Notes: generated by a model not told the origin, from the sequence alone. 64,000 bases of DNA from IMGVR_UViG_3300035182_002586:62001-126000, one strand, 5' to 3'. Counted from the first letter of the stretch, positions 1-10,192 are shown. Translations and numbers: made by a program.

Positions 1-1204
1 ACCCGCGCATACGGTCGGAGAAGCGCGCCCCGTGCTCCACCATGAAGCTGTTCGGGTCCGCGTGGAACCGCTGCCGGTAGTAGCTGATGGGGACCGACGG
101 GTTGATCTCCCACGTCGGCATCTGGAGAGCGAGCATGTTCTCGGACCCCTCTCCCCTCGACATCGCGAGGTTGAAGAGGTCGAAGAACTGTCCCTGCTTG
201 TTCAGGGGGGACGAGATGCAGATGATGCGGCTCTCGACCGGGTAGTCCGTCCCGTCGGGGTGCTTGAGCACCATCCCGTCCGGACCCTTCGGAGAGAAGG
301 TCGCTGCGGAGGGCTGGACCGCCTTGTATATCTCCTCGGCCGAGGACCCACCTTCGTCGATGAAGTGAGCCATCTCGTCGAGGATGATGACGATGTTGCC
401 CATACCACGGAGGCCCTTCGCGATACAGGGGCGGAACGTGACCCTGATCGAGGACTTGCCGTTGTAGCTGACGAACTTCCCGTCGGCGTGGCGGTTGTAC
501 GTGCCGAAGGTGTCGAGGTCGAACGGTGTCTGGAGGTCTACGAACGTCTTGTTGTCGGAGAGCTTGTACGGGTGGAAGTACTCGCACCGCGCCATGTGAT
601 TCGAGACTTCGCGGAAGAGAATCGCCGCCTGCTCCTTATCGGTAGCGACGCTGACGATCTGGATGGTGTTACCGTCCGGGAGACCGTAGTACTCCTGGGG
701 GTTGTACATATTCAAGAGGCGGTAGACCTCGTACGAGGCGAAGATCGACGAGAGCATGGTCTTGCCCCCGCGACGCCCGATGGCGAGCACCAGCTCGCGT
801 CGTTCGTGGTCCTGCTCTCGGATGTTGCAGCGTCCCTCGTCATAGAGGTGCCGCAGGTACTCCACCTCCGTGAAACGCCCTACGAGGTTCTCACGGAACA
901 TGTCCCAGATCTCGATCGTCTTCTCCTTGTCATCGAGAGGGATGTGGTAGTAGAGCTTCACAATGAAGCGCTGGACTGGATAGAGCTTCCGATCCAGACC
1001 CCACTTGGACTCGATGTAGTCGATGACTGAGAAGATCTTGGGCTTCTTCGGCTGCGCCTGTCCTGTTGGGACGGGCATCATGGACGCGAGGTAGTCGTCG
1101 ACCTGAGGATCCTCGGTCCCGGTCCTCTCTGCTTCGACTTTGGCTTCTTGTGCGGCTTGGCGGAATAGCCCCGCCATCCCGCTGCCGCGTTTCGTGGCTG
1201 CCAT
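1..1204 (-). CDS. terL: Phage terminase large subunit, N-terminal ATPase part; runs off the window's left edge
   Basis: Manual minus-strand translation from ATG 1204 (MAATKRG...) stays open to base 1. Walker A LAIGRRGGKT, VSVATDKEQA, Walker B VIILDEMAH, motif III ICISSP. Absent from the ORF track because its stop lies outside the window. Confidence 0.9.
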   Translation of the reverse strand, partial: MAATKRGSGMAGLFRQAAQEAKVEAERTGTEDPQVDDYLASMMPVPTGQAQPKKPKIFSVIDYIESKWGLDRKLYPVQRFIVKLYYHIPLDDKEKTIEIWDMFRENLVGRFTEVEYLRHLYDEGRCNIREQDHERRELVLAIGRRGGKTMLSSIFASYEVYRLLNMYNPQEYYGLPDGNTIQIVSVATDKEQAAILFREVSNHMARCEYFHPYKLSDNKTFVDLQTPFDLDTFGTYNRHADGKFVSYNGKSSIRVTFRPCIAKGLRGMGNIVIILDEMAHFIDEGGSSAEEIYKAVQPSAATFSPKGPDGMVLKHPDGTDYPVESRIICISSPLNKQGQFFDLFNLAMSRGEGSENMLALQMPTWEINPSVPISYYRQRFHADPNSFMVEHGARFSDRMRG

Positions 1205-1215
1205 TCAGGATCCGA

Positions 1216-1923
1216 TCAGCGCTTCGCGAGTTGCACCGAGGCGCGTTCCTCCCACCCCTCCAGCTTCGTCATGAGACGGTTGGTGAGGAGGTCGAGTTCT
1301 TCGGTCTTGAGGACTTCGCCTGCGACGGCCAGGACTGACTGCACCCACAGCTTGAAGACCGCCTGGAACTTCTCGCTGTGCAGGTCGAGAAGGTCACCAC
1401 CGAGCTTCTTGATCTCCAGCTCGATGTTCGCGATCTTCGTCAGGGCGTCGATGCGGCGCGTCGAGATCTGCGCGGTGTCCTTGCCGAGCTTCTCGTTCTC
1501 GATGCGCTGGAACTGGAGAGCCGCCGACTCCTTGGCGACTTCTGCCTTCACGAGATGCAGGATCTCCGCTGAGTCCGCCTTGCCGAGGGCAGCCCGCAGG
1601 ATCGGGTCGTTCTGAACGAACTTCTGCTTCTCGTTCGACATCTCCGCGTGGTATTCGAGGTCCGATGTCGTCGGCATCCTCTCGACCTTGCGCGGCCGCC
1701 CACGCTGGCGCGTCACCTTGAGGTCGTTCTTCCCCGTTCGCGGCGCTGCGTGCACCGGAAGAAGACGAAGCACGTTGCCCTCACGGTCATCCGAACCGCC
1801 TTCGGCCTCCCCGGACTCGCCGATCGGGTCTGCGTCGTCGACATCTTGCCCCTCGCCTTCATCGGCGGTGGCCTCGTCGATCACTCGCTCCAGCTCGTCG
1901 TCATGTTCCGCAGACATGCTCAT
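1216..1923 (-). CDS. Probable terminase small subunit / DNA-binding protein
   Basis: Directly upstream of terL; acidic N-terminus, AT-hook-like RGRPRK, helical C-terminus. Confidence 0.5.
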   Translation of the reverse strand: MSMSAEHDDELERVIDEATADEGEGQDVDDADPIGESGEAEGGSDDREGNVLRLLPVHAAPRTGKNDLKVTRQRGRPRKVERMPTTSDLEYHAEMSNEKQKFVQNDPILRAALGKADSAEILHLVKAEVAKESAALQFQRIENEKLGKDTAQISTRRIDALTKIANIELEIKKLGGDLLDLHSEKFQAVFKLWVQSVLAVAGEVLKTEELDLLTNRLMTKLEGWEERASVQLAKR

Positions 1924-2324
1924 TTCTCCTTGACGCCGACTGCTTTGGCGCCACCCCCACCCTGCGTCTCGATGAGATACTGAGAGAGGTTGCTCACAGC
2001 GTCGTACCCCTTGTCCTTGGGGATCTGCTTGTCCAGCGCGTGTGAGAGGTCCTCGCCCGTTTCGACGAGGTTCCGCACTCCCGTGTGCCGGGGTTTCGCG
2101 AGAAACACGTCCTCAGGCCGGACATCGCGACGAGACGGATCGACCGTCTCGTCGGTGGTCTCCACCTGCTTGCCGTTCTCCTTGATGATGTCCTTCGCGA
2201 TCCCCTTCGCGGGGTTCACGGTCTTGACCTCGCGCTTCACGTCCTTGCGCATGTTGGGCGCACGAGGCTTGGCCGCCTCCACCTGGAAGCGAGCAGCGAC
2301 GCGAAGTGCGAGGCTCGTTACCAC
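1920..2324 (-). CDS. Hypothetical virion-associated protein with LRVAARF N-terminal leader
   Basis: Coupled to neighbours; leader motif shared with other ORFs in the window. Confidence 0.6.
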   Translation of the reverse strand: MVTSLALRVAARFQVEAAKPRAPNMRKDVKREVKTVNPAKGIAKDIIKENGKQVETTDETVDPSRRDVRPEDVFLAKPRHTGVRNLVETGEDLSHALDKQIPKDKGYDAVSNLSQYLIETQGGGGAKAVGVKEK

Positions 2325-2327
2325 CCG

Positions 2328-2663
2328 TCACTTCCTTTCGAGGGACTGGTGCATTGAGGAGAGGACCCCGAACTTCTTGGCGATGGGACCGAGATCCGTG
2401 ACGACCGCCTTGAGCGCCATCACCGCCACATCGGGCTTGTCTGCCGTGCGGAGGACGTGGTGCAGGTTGCCGATCACCTCAGCGAGGTCGGACGTGATGT
2501 GATGGAGCTGTTCCCGCACACCCTCTTCCGGCGTGTCCGCATAGGCTGTGGGGTGACTCACGTAGTCACTCATCCCGCGAGCGAACTCCGACGACACGTC
2601 GACGGCACCATACGAGGCCGCCACGGTCTTCCAAGCAGGGTCGTTGAGAGCGATCTTGTCCAT
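2328..2663 (-). CDS. Hypothetical protein (MDKIALNDPAW...)
   Basis: ATG at 2663 follows the stop of the upstream gene; phage-like codon usage. Confidence 0.65.
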   Translation of the reverse strand: MDKIALNDPAWKTVAASYGAVDVSSEFARGMSDYVSHPTAYADTPEEGVREQLHHITSDLAEVIGNLHHVLRTADKPDVAVMALKAVVTDLGPIAKKFGVLSSMHQSLERK

Positions 2664-2668
2664 GATCG

Positions 2669-4936
2669 TCACCCCTTGACTGCCTGGTTGTCGTCGAAGC
2701 TGACGATGATGGGGTCCTGTTGCTTCGGGGCGTCGACTTCGACGACCATCCCGCCGTTCTGCATCTGGTACTCGGCGAGCATCCCCATGCCGCCCGCCAT
2801 GAGGGACTCGTACGAGACCTCCGTGGCCGAGCCCGAGTTGAGGATCGCCGCCTGCTGCGCGGCCTTGTCCACGTACGGAGGCTCCTCCACGAGGGCCTTG
2901 TGGAGCTTCGAGCAGAAGCCCGGACGCGTCTGGTGGACGCAGCTCCCGCACTTCGACCCGGCCTTCACGTACTGGATGACACGAGCGCGGAAGAGCCTGG
3001 CCGGCTCCTCACAGCCCTTACCGTAGTCGTCGTAGACCGTCGGGTCGACGAAGTAGATGCCCTGGAGGCCCTGTTCTGCGAGCACTTCTCGCAGATCCTC
3101 GTTGGCGGCCACGAGGTCGCGCTCGTCGTAGCTGCGGCGGAGAGCATGTGCGAGGTCGTTGCCGTACAGGCCCTCGTTCATGTACTTCGATGCAGTCTTC
3201 ACGATCTCGCGCTTGACGAGGCCCGCCGTCACGTGCTGCGGCGAGTTGCCACGGAACGCCTGCACGGTCTCCATGCGGATACCCGCCTGAGCCGGCGTCG
3301 GCTGGAGCGACGCCCCACGGTACATCGTCTTGAGAGCGTCCTCCGGGGTGCTCCCCAGAACCGAGGCGTTCCGGAGCGTCTGGTCTGCACGACCTGCGAT
3401 CCGGTGGTCCTGGAGAACCGCGTCGGCGGTCTCCCACGTGACCACTTCGGTGGCCTGCTTCGCGAGGGGCTTGCCGTAGAGGAGGCAGCGGCCGATCTTG
3501 TTGTAGACGCAGCCCGAGCACTTCTCGCCAGCCACGACGGCGCGGATACCAGGGTTGTGCTTCGCGATGAAGTCCGACCCCTCGCGGCAGTCCGCGAAGC
3601 TGTCCTGCGTCGTGTAGATCGAACCGTAGAGCCCGGCCTCACGGAAGATCGGCTCCCAGTGCGGACGGGTCTCGTGGAGGTCGGTGAGCGAGAAGGCATA
3701 CTTGAGCGCCTGCCCGAGTTCGACCTCGCTCCGTCCCTTGAGCATCTCGCGACGGAGCAGAGCCACGACTGGAGCTGCCTTGTGCGCGGACATCGCGTAC
3801 TTGGCCGCTTCGTCACGCTTGCGCGTGAGGCTCTCAGCAGCGATGAGCTGGTTGCTCACCGTCTGCGGCGACACGGGGGCGATCGGGGCCTGCGTGCCCG
3901 CACCCACATACGCGTTGCGCGGCGAAGCCACGGCTGCCGTAACAGCCGCCACGACCTGCGCGAGCACGTCTGCGTCCTGCGTTGCTGCGATCGTGCGGAA
4001 CGCGACCTTTGCGTCCGGAACCGAGAGGCGCCCCGAACGAAGGGCGTCGTCGACGGCAGCGTGTGCGGTCTTCTTCTGGCCCGTGAGGTCCGGCGGGAGG
4101 ACGACGGGGGCCGCAGCCACCGTCGGCTTCATGTACTGCGCCGGGTTCACCACAGGCTTCGGAGTCGAGGCTTCCGATCCGTACGAAGCACCTTCCGCGA
4201 GCAGAGCGAGACGGACGCGTTCCTTCGGAGGTGCGTTCGACGCCTGGACCGCCTTGCCCTTCGAGGACTGGACCCGCTCCACCTCTTCGGCGAGGGCCTC
4301 CGAGTAGGGCACCTCGACGACGAGCTGCTTGTGGAAGACCGCGCAGTTGGTGCCGCCGACCGGCCCCTGGAGGGCGTGGGTGCAACCGTGGCACTCCGGC
4401 TTTGCGACGACGAACCGAGCATCGTTCGCGAACTTCCTGACGAAGTTCACGGCCTGCTTCGGGGAGTTGTGGCAACCCGAGAAGTCCGACGCGTCGATGT
4501 AGAGCTTGCCGAGAAGCCCACGCTCTGCGATGAGCGAGGCCAACACCGGGCGAGCTGCTCGCAGCGAGTCGAGGTCGAACCGCTTGACGAGGGCATCGCG
4601 CAACCGAGCGGGGTCCGGCGACTGCATGAGCGCGAGTCGGGCCGTGCGGATGATGTCCTCGGAGGTCGAGCTGATCGGCCCGTGTGCCTGCGAGAGGTCC
4701 CCCATCGTCGCCGGCCGGTGGTCCTTCGGAAGATAGTCCGTTGCCGGACGATCTTCGTGAGCCCACATCGCTTCGAGGTCGGGCGCGATGTTGAGGTTCT
4801 GCTTCGGCAGCACGTCCTGTGCTCGGTACTCGGCGTCATCGACGGCGAGCCACGACACGTCGTTGACGGAACCCTCCTTGGAGGTCGGGATTGCCCCCTC
4901 CTTGAGGAAGTCGGACAGGTCACCGAGATCAGCCAT
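2669..4936 (-). CDS. Large hypothetical head-region protein with three Cys-rich repeat domains
   Basis: Start MADLGDLSDF at 4936; three copies of GLxG-aromatic...C...CxxC...C...K.L. Confidence 0.75.
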   Translation of the reverse strand: MADLGDLSDFLKEGAIPTSKEGSVNDVSWLAVDDAEYRAQDVLPKQNLNIAPDLEAMWAHEDRPATDYLPKDHRPATMGDLSQAHGPISSTSEDIIRTARLALMQSPDPARLRDALVKRFDLDSLRAARPVLASLIAERGLLGKLYIDASDFSGCHNSPKQAVNFVRKFANDARFVVAKPECHGCTHALQGPVGGTNCAVFHKQLVVEVPYSEALAEEVERVQSSKGKAVQASNAPPKERVRLALLAEGASYGSEASTPKPVVNPAQYMKPTVAAAPVVLPPDLTGQKKTAHAAVDDALRSGRLSVPDAKVAFRTIAATQDADVLAQVVAAVTAAVASPRNAYVGAGTQAPIAPVSPQTVSNQLIAAESLTRKRDEAAKYAMSAHKAAPVVALLRREMLKGRSEVELGQALKYAFSLTDLHETRPHWEPIFREAGLYGSIYTTQDSFADCREGSDFIAKHNPGIRAVVAGEKCSGCVYNKIGRCLLYGKPLAKQATEVVTWETADAVLQDHRIAGRADQTLRNASVLGSTPEDALKTMYRGASLQPTPAQAGIRMETVQAFRGNSPQHVTAGLVKREIVKTASKYMNEGLYGNDLAHALRRSYDERDLVAANEDLREVLAEQGLQGIYFVDPTVYDDYGKGCEEPARLFRARVIQYVKAGSKCGSCVHQTRPGFCSKLHKALVEEPPYVDKAAQQAAILNSGSATEVSYESLMAGGMGMLAEYQMQNGGMVVEVDAPKQQDPIIVSFDDNQAVKG

Positions 4937-6701
4937 CTGAGTTCCTCGCGATCGTGGGACGGGGGCGCCCGTAGGTATTGGGCGTATAGTCGTGGACGTC
5001 TTGCTGCCATCGAACGTACGGGGTGTTCGTGTCCTCGTACGTCTGACCGGGGGCGATGGGGGTGTCGCGACCGATCTGCTTCGGGGCGCTCTCCCCATCC
5101 CCCGGCATCTCACTGCCTGCCTGGAAGGGGGTCGTGAAGAGAGGCATGGGACCGCCCGTGACATCCGGGTGTGGCGTGATCGGCGTCGGCTTCGCCGGAG
5201 GCTGCGTGCCCGGCAGCCCCGACTGTGAGTTCACCAGGTTGCCCTTGTCCCCGGGGAAGTAGTCGCTACGTGCAACTGGAGGCTGCATGTCGTTCGGGAG
5301 GATCGCCGTGGCGTCGTCCAGGAAGGCGACGATCGGCCTCGGGGGCTTCCCGTACGGGAACGTCGCGATGAACTCGAAGCCGGGGTTCTCGGCCGCCATC
5401 ACGATGAAGTCGTGGAAGTCCTTCTTCCCTCCGAGGGACGCTTCCAACTGCTTCGCCAGCTCCGAAACCGAGCGTGCGACGACCATCGTGGCTTCACCCT
5501 GGACCGGCTTCGTGTCTGCAAACACGTTGCGGTCACGGAGCTGGACCTCGATGTCCGAACCGTCCGCGCTGGCCGGATCCTTGGTCGGGCCACCGGGGTC
5601 GTGAGGGAGATCCGACGACGGACCCCACACACCCTTGCCCTTGGGGTCCTTGGGGTCCGCCAGCGTGTGCTGGATGCCGTCACCCTTGGCCCCGTACCCG
5701 ATCCCGAAGTCGTTCGCGTCCGTCGGCGTCGTGTCGGTGTTGGTACCCGGCATCGCCGACTCCGCTACGAGCGAGAGCTGCGTCGCGAGCGCGTTGGCTC
5801 GGAGCATGAGCTGCTGAGCCGTGCGTTCGACGAGTTCGTTCTCGTGGTCGCCCGGGTAGTCGTAGTCCCGGGGGCGGTTGTCGTAGCGATCCTGCGAGGG
5901 GTTCTCCCCGCGGTTCCACGACCCCCACGGACCGGGCTGGTCTCCACGATCGAGGTGCTCGACGCGCGGACCTGGAAGTGTCTCGACGGGCAGGGAGGAG
6001 TTCGCCTGCTTGAAGTCCGCCTGGATGTAGGTGTTGGAGGCCGTCTTCTGCTTGTAGCCGGGGAACAGCTCGGCGTTGTTCCCTGTCGGCTGGTCGTTGT
6101 TGAAGGCCGGGAGGGTCTCAGCGTCACCGCCGCCGGGCAGCTCCGAACGCTCCGGGGACTTGTCCTTGTCCTTTCGGACTGCGACCGCTTCCCAGTTCTT
6201 CGCGCTCGGCTTCCCAGCTCCCTCGATGTCCTCGTCCTCCACCTCGTCGAAAGCCTTTTCGGCCTCGTCGACGAAGCGGCTGACATCCTTCTTCTCCCCG
6301 AACGCGAGCTGCGCAAGCCTTGGCTTCCAGTGGGGGGCGTTGATCTCGTCGTGGAGCGTGTCGCAGAGCGAAGAGAGCGACTCGCATGCCTCGTAGAGCC
6401 GCTGACGCAGCTCCTTGACCGGCATGATGTACCCGCGACCGCCGATGTTGCCGTCGGGGCTCACGGTCGCCGACTTCACCCGGGCGAACTGCCGGCAAGC
6501 AGAGAGAGCGTGACCCAAGGCGATGCTCGACTGCCACAGCGTCGCCGCGAGCGGCTTGAGCGCCATGGGGTCGTACTCGTAGTTCTTCGGAATGCTGCGC
6601 TTTGACGGCATCCCGGGAGGTAGCTCCCCTGCCGTTCGCGACATGCCGTCGTCTCCCGGAAGGGAAGCGAGGATCTCCCGCGTTCTTCGCTTGGCGTCCA
6701 A
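4929..6701 (-). CDS. Hypothetical, largely disordered protein (scaffold/head-interior candidate)
   Basis: 590-aa ORF; P/G/D-rich with recurring S-x-[LM]P-G motifs; start uncertain. Confidence 0.7.
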   Translation of the reverse strand: MDAKRRTREILASLPGDDGMSRTAGELPPGMPSKRSIPKNYEYDPMALKPLAATLWQSSIALGHALSACRQFARVKSATVSPDGNIGGRGYIMPVKELRQRLYEACESLSSLCDTLHDEINAPHWKPRLAQLAFGEKKDVSRFVDEAEKAFDEVEDEDIEGAGKPSAKNWEAVAVRKDKDKSPERSELPGGGDAETLPAFNNDQPTGNNAELFPGYKQKTASNTYIQADFKQANSSLPVETLPGPRVEHLDRGDQPGPWGSWNRGENPSQDRYDNRPRDYDYPGDHENELVERTAQQLMLRANALATQLSLVAESAMPGTNTDTTPTDANDFGIGYGAKGDGIQHTLADPKDPKGKGVWGPSSDLPHDPGGPTKDPASADGSDIEVQLRDRNVFADTKPVQGEATMVVARSVSELAKQLEASLGGKKDFHDFIVMAAENPGFEFIATFPYGKPPRPIVAFLDDATAILPNDMQPPVARSDYFPGDKGNLVNSQSGLPGTQPPAKPTPITPHPDVTGGPMPLFTTPFQAGSEMPGDGESAPKQIGRDTPIAPGQTYEDTNTPYVRWQQDVHDYTPNTYGRPRPTIARNSDG

Positions 6702-6712
6702 GGCGTTCTCCC

Positions 6713-7132
6713 TCAGCCCCGAACCGGCTGGCCGTTGTCGTCGAAGAGGCGCTCGATGTAGTAGGTCCCGTCAGCTTCCTTGCCGAGCGACCACAGATCC
6801 CGCTGGCTGCGGTGCACGAGGGTCTCTGCCGACACTCGGTCGAACCCCGCGAGCTGGCGGATGGAGGCGACGCGCGTACGGCCCACCGGAGCCGTAGGGC
6901 GAGCTGACCCCACGACGGGCTTCACGCTGGAGAGCCGGGGGTCCTGTGCGAAGATGGCGTCGATCCCGAGCGTGCTGCCCGACTCCATGGCGCCGAGGTC
7001 GAACCCCTCCGACCCGGAGTCGACACCCTGAAGGATCGGGATACCGACACGTTGACGCGCACCCTTCTCCAGGAAGCCGTCGATGTCCGCCGCCCCGCCA
7101 AGGTCCATGTCTGCGATGTTGAAGTCCGGCAT
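6713..7132 (-). CDS. Hypothetical phage protein (MPDFNIADM...)
   Basis: C-terminal 139 aa of the listed ORF; starts just after the upstream stop. Confidence 0.65.
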   Translation of the reverse strand: MPDFNIADMDLGGAADIDGFLEKGARQRVGIPILQGVDSGSEGFDLGAMESGSTLGIDAIFAQDPRLSSVKPVVGSARPTAPVGRTRVASIRQLAGFDRVSAETLVHRSQRDLWSLGKEADGTYYIERLFDDNGQPVRG

Positions 7133-7143
7133 GTGCTTGTGCC

Positions 7144-8061
7144 TCAGAGGATGGTGAGCTGAACGGTGACGTCGACGTGGTAGTTCAGGGAGTACCCACT
7201 GACGCGAAGGGTCTCTTGGTAGGTCCCAGAGGCCATCCCGTTGATGGGCTCGACGACGACTTGCACGGGCTGTGACCCGCCCGCAGCCACCGTCCCCGAA
7301 GACGGGGTGAACGAGGTCAACCACGAGGAGTAGCTGGTGAGCCTCTGAATGAGGTACTCCAGCACGGACCCACTCGGACCCGAGTTCATGACGAGGAGCT
7401 GCTGGTAGGGGATCGGTGTGAACGACCCGTCCGGCAGCGGCGTCGCAATGAAAGTCAGCGTCACGGGGCTCGTCGCAACGACTGCGCGCGGCCGCACCGT
7501 GATCGCCACCGGAACGACCATGGGACCGTTCGTAGAGTTGGGGTCCTGCACCGTGATCGTCGTCGCGTACGGGCTCTGCACAGCCTGGAGGTTCGTCGAG
7601 TCGACGGAGACCTCCGAGATGCCTGTCTGAGACGTAGCGAGGGGGCCTAGGTTGGCCGGAGCCACGCGCACATACGAATCGTGCGCGGTCAGGGACGGGC
7701 CAAGGATGGAGCCGTATGGCCCGACGTTCGACACCCTCAGGTCGAGGACCGGGGAGAACCCACGGCCTTCGTCGACGCTGAACGAAAGCGACGAGGGAGG
7801 GCCCACAAGGATGGCCGGGGCCAGGGCCGCCTTGATCTCGTCGATCGACGCAGCCATCGCGGACACCACATCGCCTGGGAGAGGGATGCTGTCTCGCAGC
7901 AGCCCGAAGGGCGAAATGATGTCCGTGATCTGATACTGCGGCGTCGCAAGGGTCGTATCGACGCGCGTAGTCCACTTCCAGAGGCCGGCGGGCACCTGGT
8001 ACGAGAACTGGGTCGATTGCGAACGAATGCTTTGGGCGAGGGACACGGGGACCTCACCCAC
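7144..8061 (-). CDS. Putative virion structural protein with tandem Ig-like (BACON-like) domains
   Basis: Beta-strand S/T/V/P-rich repeats (SLSFSVDEG...V.N.G; TLTFIA...VMNSG...SWL...P.SGTVAAG); TTATC motif upstream. Confidence 0.6.
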   Translation of the reverse strand: MGEVPVSLAQSIRSQSTQFSYQVPAGLWKWTTRVDTTLATPQYQITDIISPFGLLRDSIPLPGDVVSAMAASIDEIKAALAPAILVGPPSSLSFSVDEGRGFSPVLDLRVSNVGPYGSILGPSLTAHDSYVRVAPANLGPLATSQTGISEVSVDSTNLQAVQSPYATTITVQDPNSTNGPMVVPVAITVRPRAVVATSPVTLTFIATPLPDGSFTPIPYQQLLVMNSGPSGSVLEYLIQRLTSYSSWLTSFTPSSGTVAAGGSQPVQVVVEPINGMASGTYQETLRVSGYSLNYHVDVTVQLTIL

Positions 8062-8121
8062 GCACGAGATAAAAGGAAAGTAGCGGGTGAAATCTCCGCC
8101 TGGGAGGCTAGAGGGTCCCCT

Positions 8122-8436
8122 TCAACCTTCGCGTGAGGCGTCCCACACGTCCCTTGGCACCCAACAGACGGGGGCGCCGTCACCGCGTCGGATGACTACC
8201 ATCCCGTTCTCGTCGTTCTCGTCCACCAGCTCAGCGTAGTCCCCCGCCTTCGACTCAAAGGGAGGCGTGGAGAGTACCTGCGCGACCTGCGCCCAGTCCG
8301 CAGCGGAGACGAAGGCGACCTCCGCTGCATACGTGATGGCTGCACCGCACGTGCAGACCTTCGGCAGGTCCTCGATCGGGGTAGGGTCTACCCCGAACAG
8401 AACGTCGATGTTCTCGTGCTTGAAGTTGCAGCCCAT
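8122..8436 (-). CDS. Hypothetical protein with Cys motifs
   Basis: ATG 8436 lies 10 nt downstream of a GGTGTA motif. Confidence 0.6.
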   Translation of the reverse strand: MGCNFKHENIDVLFGVDPTPIEDLPKVCTCGAAITYAAEVAFVSAADWAQVAQVLSTPPFESKAGDYAELVDENDENGMVVIRRGDGAPVCWVPRDVWDASREG

Positions 8437-8454
8437 GAGGGGTCCGTACACCAA

Positions 8455-9606
8455 CTAGGCCCACACCTCACCCCTTCGGATCTTGCCGATCAGGGACCGT
8501 GCCACTCCGAATATTTCCGCCAGAGAAGCGTCATTTTCACCTGCGGCCGAACGCGCTCGGATGGAAGCGACCCTTTCCACGTCGAGCTTCCCCGTACGAC
8601 CGGAGGTGCGCCGCGTTCGGTTCTGCTCAGTCCTGGAACCCCAACGACAGTTCGCAGGCCAACCGCGGACCGTGCACTCTGGGCACTTCCCACACGAGTA
8701 GTGGCCGCTCCGGTCGACGCGCAACAACGTGTGCTGCGGAGATGGCTTCACGCCCACGTCTTCAAGGAAGGCGGAGAATTCACCCCTCCACCGCGAGCAC
8801 ATTGTGATGCCGGCCGCGCCGTACTCAGAGAACTTCTCGTGCTTCTCGTTGAAGCATCGGGTCTTGATGCTTGCCCACGTCTTGTACTCTGGTGTCTTGG
8901 TCCCGCCGTGCGCGTAGTTGCCGTGTGCCTCACCTACAGGCACCGGACGGCGATTTAGACTCTGCTCCGCCTTCGACGCCCACCGGACGTTACCGGGTTC
9001 GTAGTTCCCGTTCGGGTTGGGGTAGCGGTCGAGGGAGTAGTCGGGGCCGGGCCTGTGTCCAACATACATGCAGAACGCGATGAAGTCGTTCACCCACGGC
9101 TCGTGGATACGAACGCCTCTACCACCCCACCCCGCATAGTTGCTACTTTTCGGGTTGAGGCAACGGTCTTTCATCGAAATCCAAGCCACATACTCGGGGG
9201 ACTTGATCATCCCGTGCTTGTAGTTCGTTGCCCGCCCGGAAGGTGGCTTGGGCATGCTCGACTTCGGGCGATGGGGGCGTCGATTGTTGTTCTGCTCTTC
9301 GCTGGTAGCCCAACGCAGATTCCCAGGCTCATACCCCCGATCGTTCTCGATTCGATCAAGAGAGTGGCGCAGCGAAGGGCGTGTTCCAACGTGCTCGAAG
9401 AAGGCGGTGAAGTTATTCACCCATCCTTCATAAATCCCGATTCCGCGTCCACCGTAGTCTGAGTACGCTTTATGGCTCGGGTTTAGACACCGAGCCTTGA
9501 TCTGCTGCCAGTAGCGATAAACTTCAGGTGCACTTATCGCCGCCTCTACCAGCCCACTGCGGGAGGCGGACCTCTCTAAGGATGTTGAATTTTTTGCCGC
9601 CGCCAA
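8455..9606 (-). CDS. HNH-like homing endonuclease with three tandem nuclease-like repeats and C-terminal HTH
   Basis: Three copies of Y..W..[IM]K.RC.N.....Y..YG.RGI.....W...F..F...VG.RP....SLDR....G.YEPGN.RW; lower GC than flanks; start uncertain. Confidence 0.75.
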   Translation of the reverse strand: MAAAKNSTSLERSASRSGLVEAAISAPEVYRYWQQIKARCLNPSHKAYSDYGGRGIGIYEGWVNNFTAFFEHVGTRPSLRHSLDRIENDRGYEPGNLRWATSEEQNNNRRPHRPKSSMPKPPSGRATNYKHGMIKSPEYVAWISMKDRCLNPKSSNYAGWGGRGVRIHEPWVNDFIAFCMYVGHRPGPDYSLDRYPNPNGNYEPGNVRWASKAEQSLNRRPVPVGEAHGNYAHGGTKTPEYKTWASIKTRCFNEKHEKFSEYGAAGITMCSRWRGEFSAFLEDVGVKPSPQHTLLRVDRSGHYSCGKCPECTVRGWPANCRWGSRTEQNRTRRTSGRTGKLDVERVASIRARSAAGENDASLAEIFGVARSLIGKIRRGEVWA

Positions 9607-10171
9607 TGGCCTCGAAGATCTTCTGGTAGGGGCGATAGACCTCGTTGTCGTCGGCGAGCTTCGTGAGGGCCTTCACCGCATTGAAGAACCGGTGTCGGAC
9701 CTTGCCTTGTGTGAGGTTCAGTAGCTCAGCCACCTCGGACTGGCAGGTCGTCTGCCACATGCCCACGAGGATGTTCACGTCGGTCTCGTCGAACGCCCCC
9801 GTCAGGTCCCGGCGCATGTCCTCTTCGGTCACGTGGGGGATCGACAGCAGGAACTTGATGCGCTGGATGCCGCGTTCCAGTCTGTAACTGATCGCCGCTT
9901 GGGTGACCTCGAAGATCTCGGCGATGTCCGCCTGCCTCTTGCGCGCGATGAAGTAGAGGTAGATGAGATCCGCTTCCCGCTGGGGGATACGGTCGAGGAG
10001 AGGGGCGATCCGGCTCTCGAAGTCCACGTCCGACAGGAAGGACGAGAACCCCTCGTCGTCCGCCACGGACTCGATCTCGTCGAGTAGGTCGTCCTCTTCG
10101 GAGCCCTCCTCGCCGGAAAAACGGTTCGCGAGTTGTGACGGATCGACGGGAATTACATAGCCAGATGACAT
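9524..10171 (-). CDS. Sigma-70 region-4-like HTH protein with two HTH motifs
   Basis: LDRIPQREADLIYLYF...QADIAEIFEVTQAAISYRLERG and QSEVAELLNLTQGKVRHRF. Confidence 0.7.
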   Translation of the reverse strand: MSSGYVIPVDPSQLANRFSGEEGSEEDDLLDEIESVADDEGFSSFLSDVDFESRIAPLLDRIPQREADLIYLYFIARKRQADIAEIFEVTQAAISYRLERGIQRIKFLLSIPHVTEEDMRRDLTGAFDETDVNILVGMWQTTCQSEVAELLNLTQGKVRHRFFNAVKALTKLADDNEVYRPYQKIFEAIGGGKKFNILREVRLPQWAGRGGDKCT

Positions 10172-10192
10172 GTGGGTGGACCCCTCGCCTGC

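Noticed and set aside
32-1030. 332-aa plus-strand ORF and many other long antisense ORFs (e.g. 2720-5137, 44374-46272)
   Set aside because: Shadow frames of real high-GC genes on the opposite strand; no recognisable motifs
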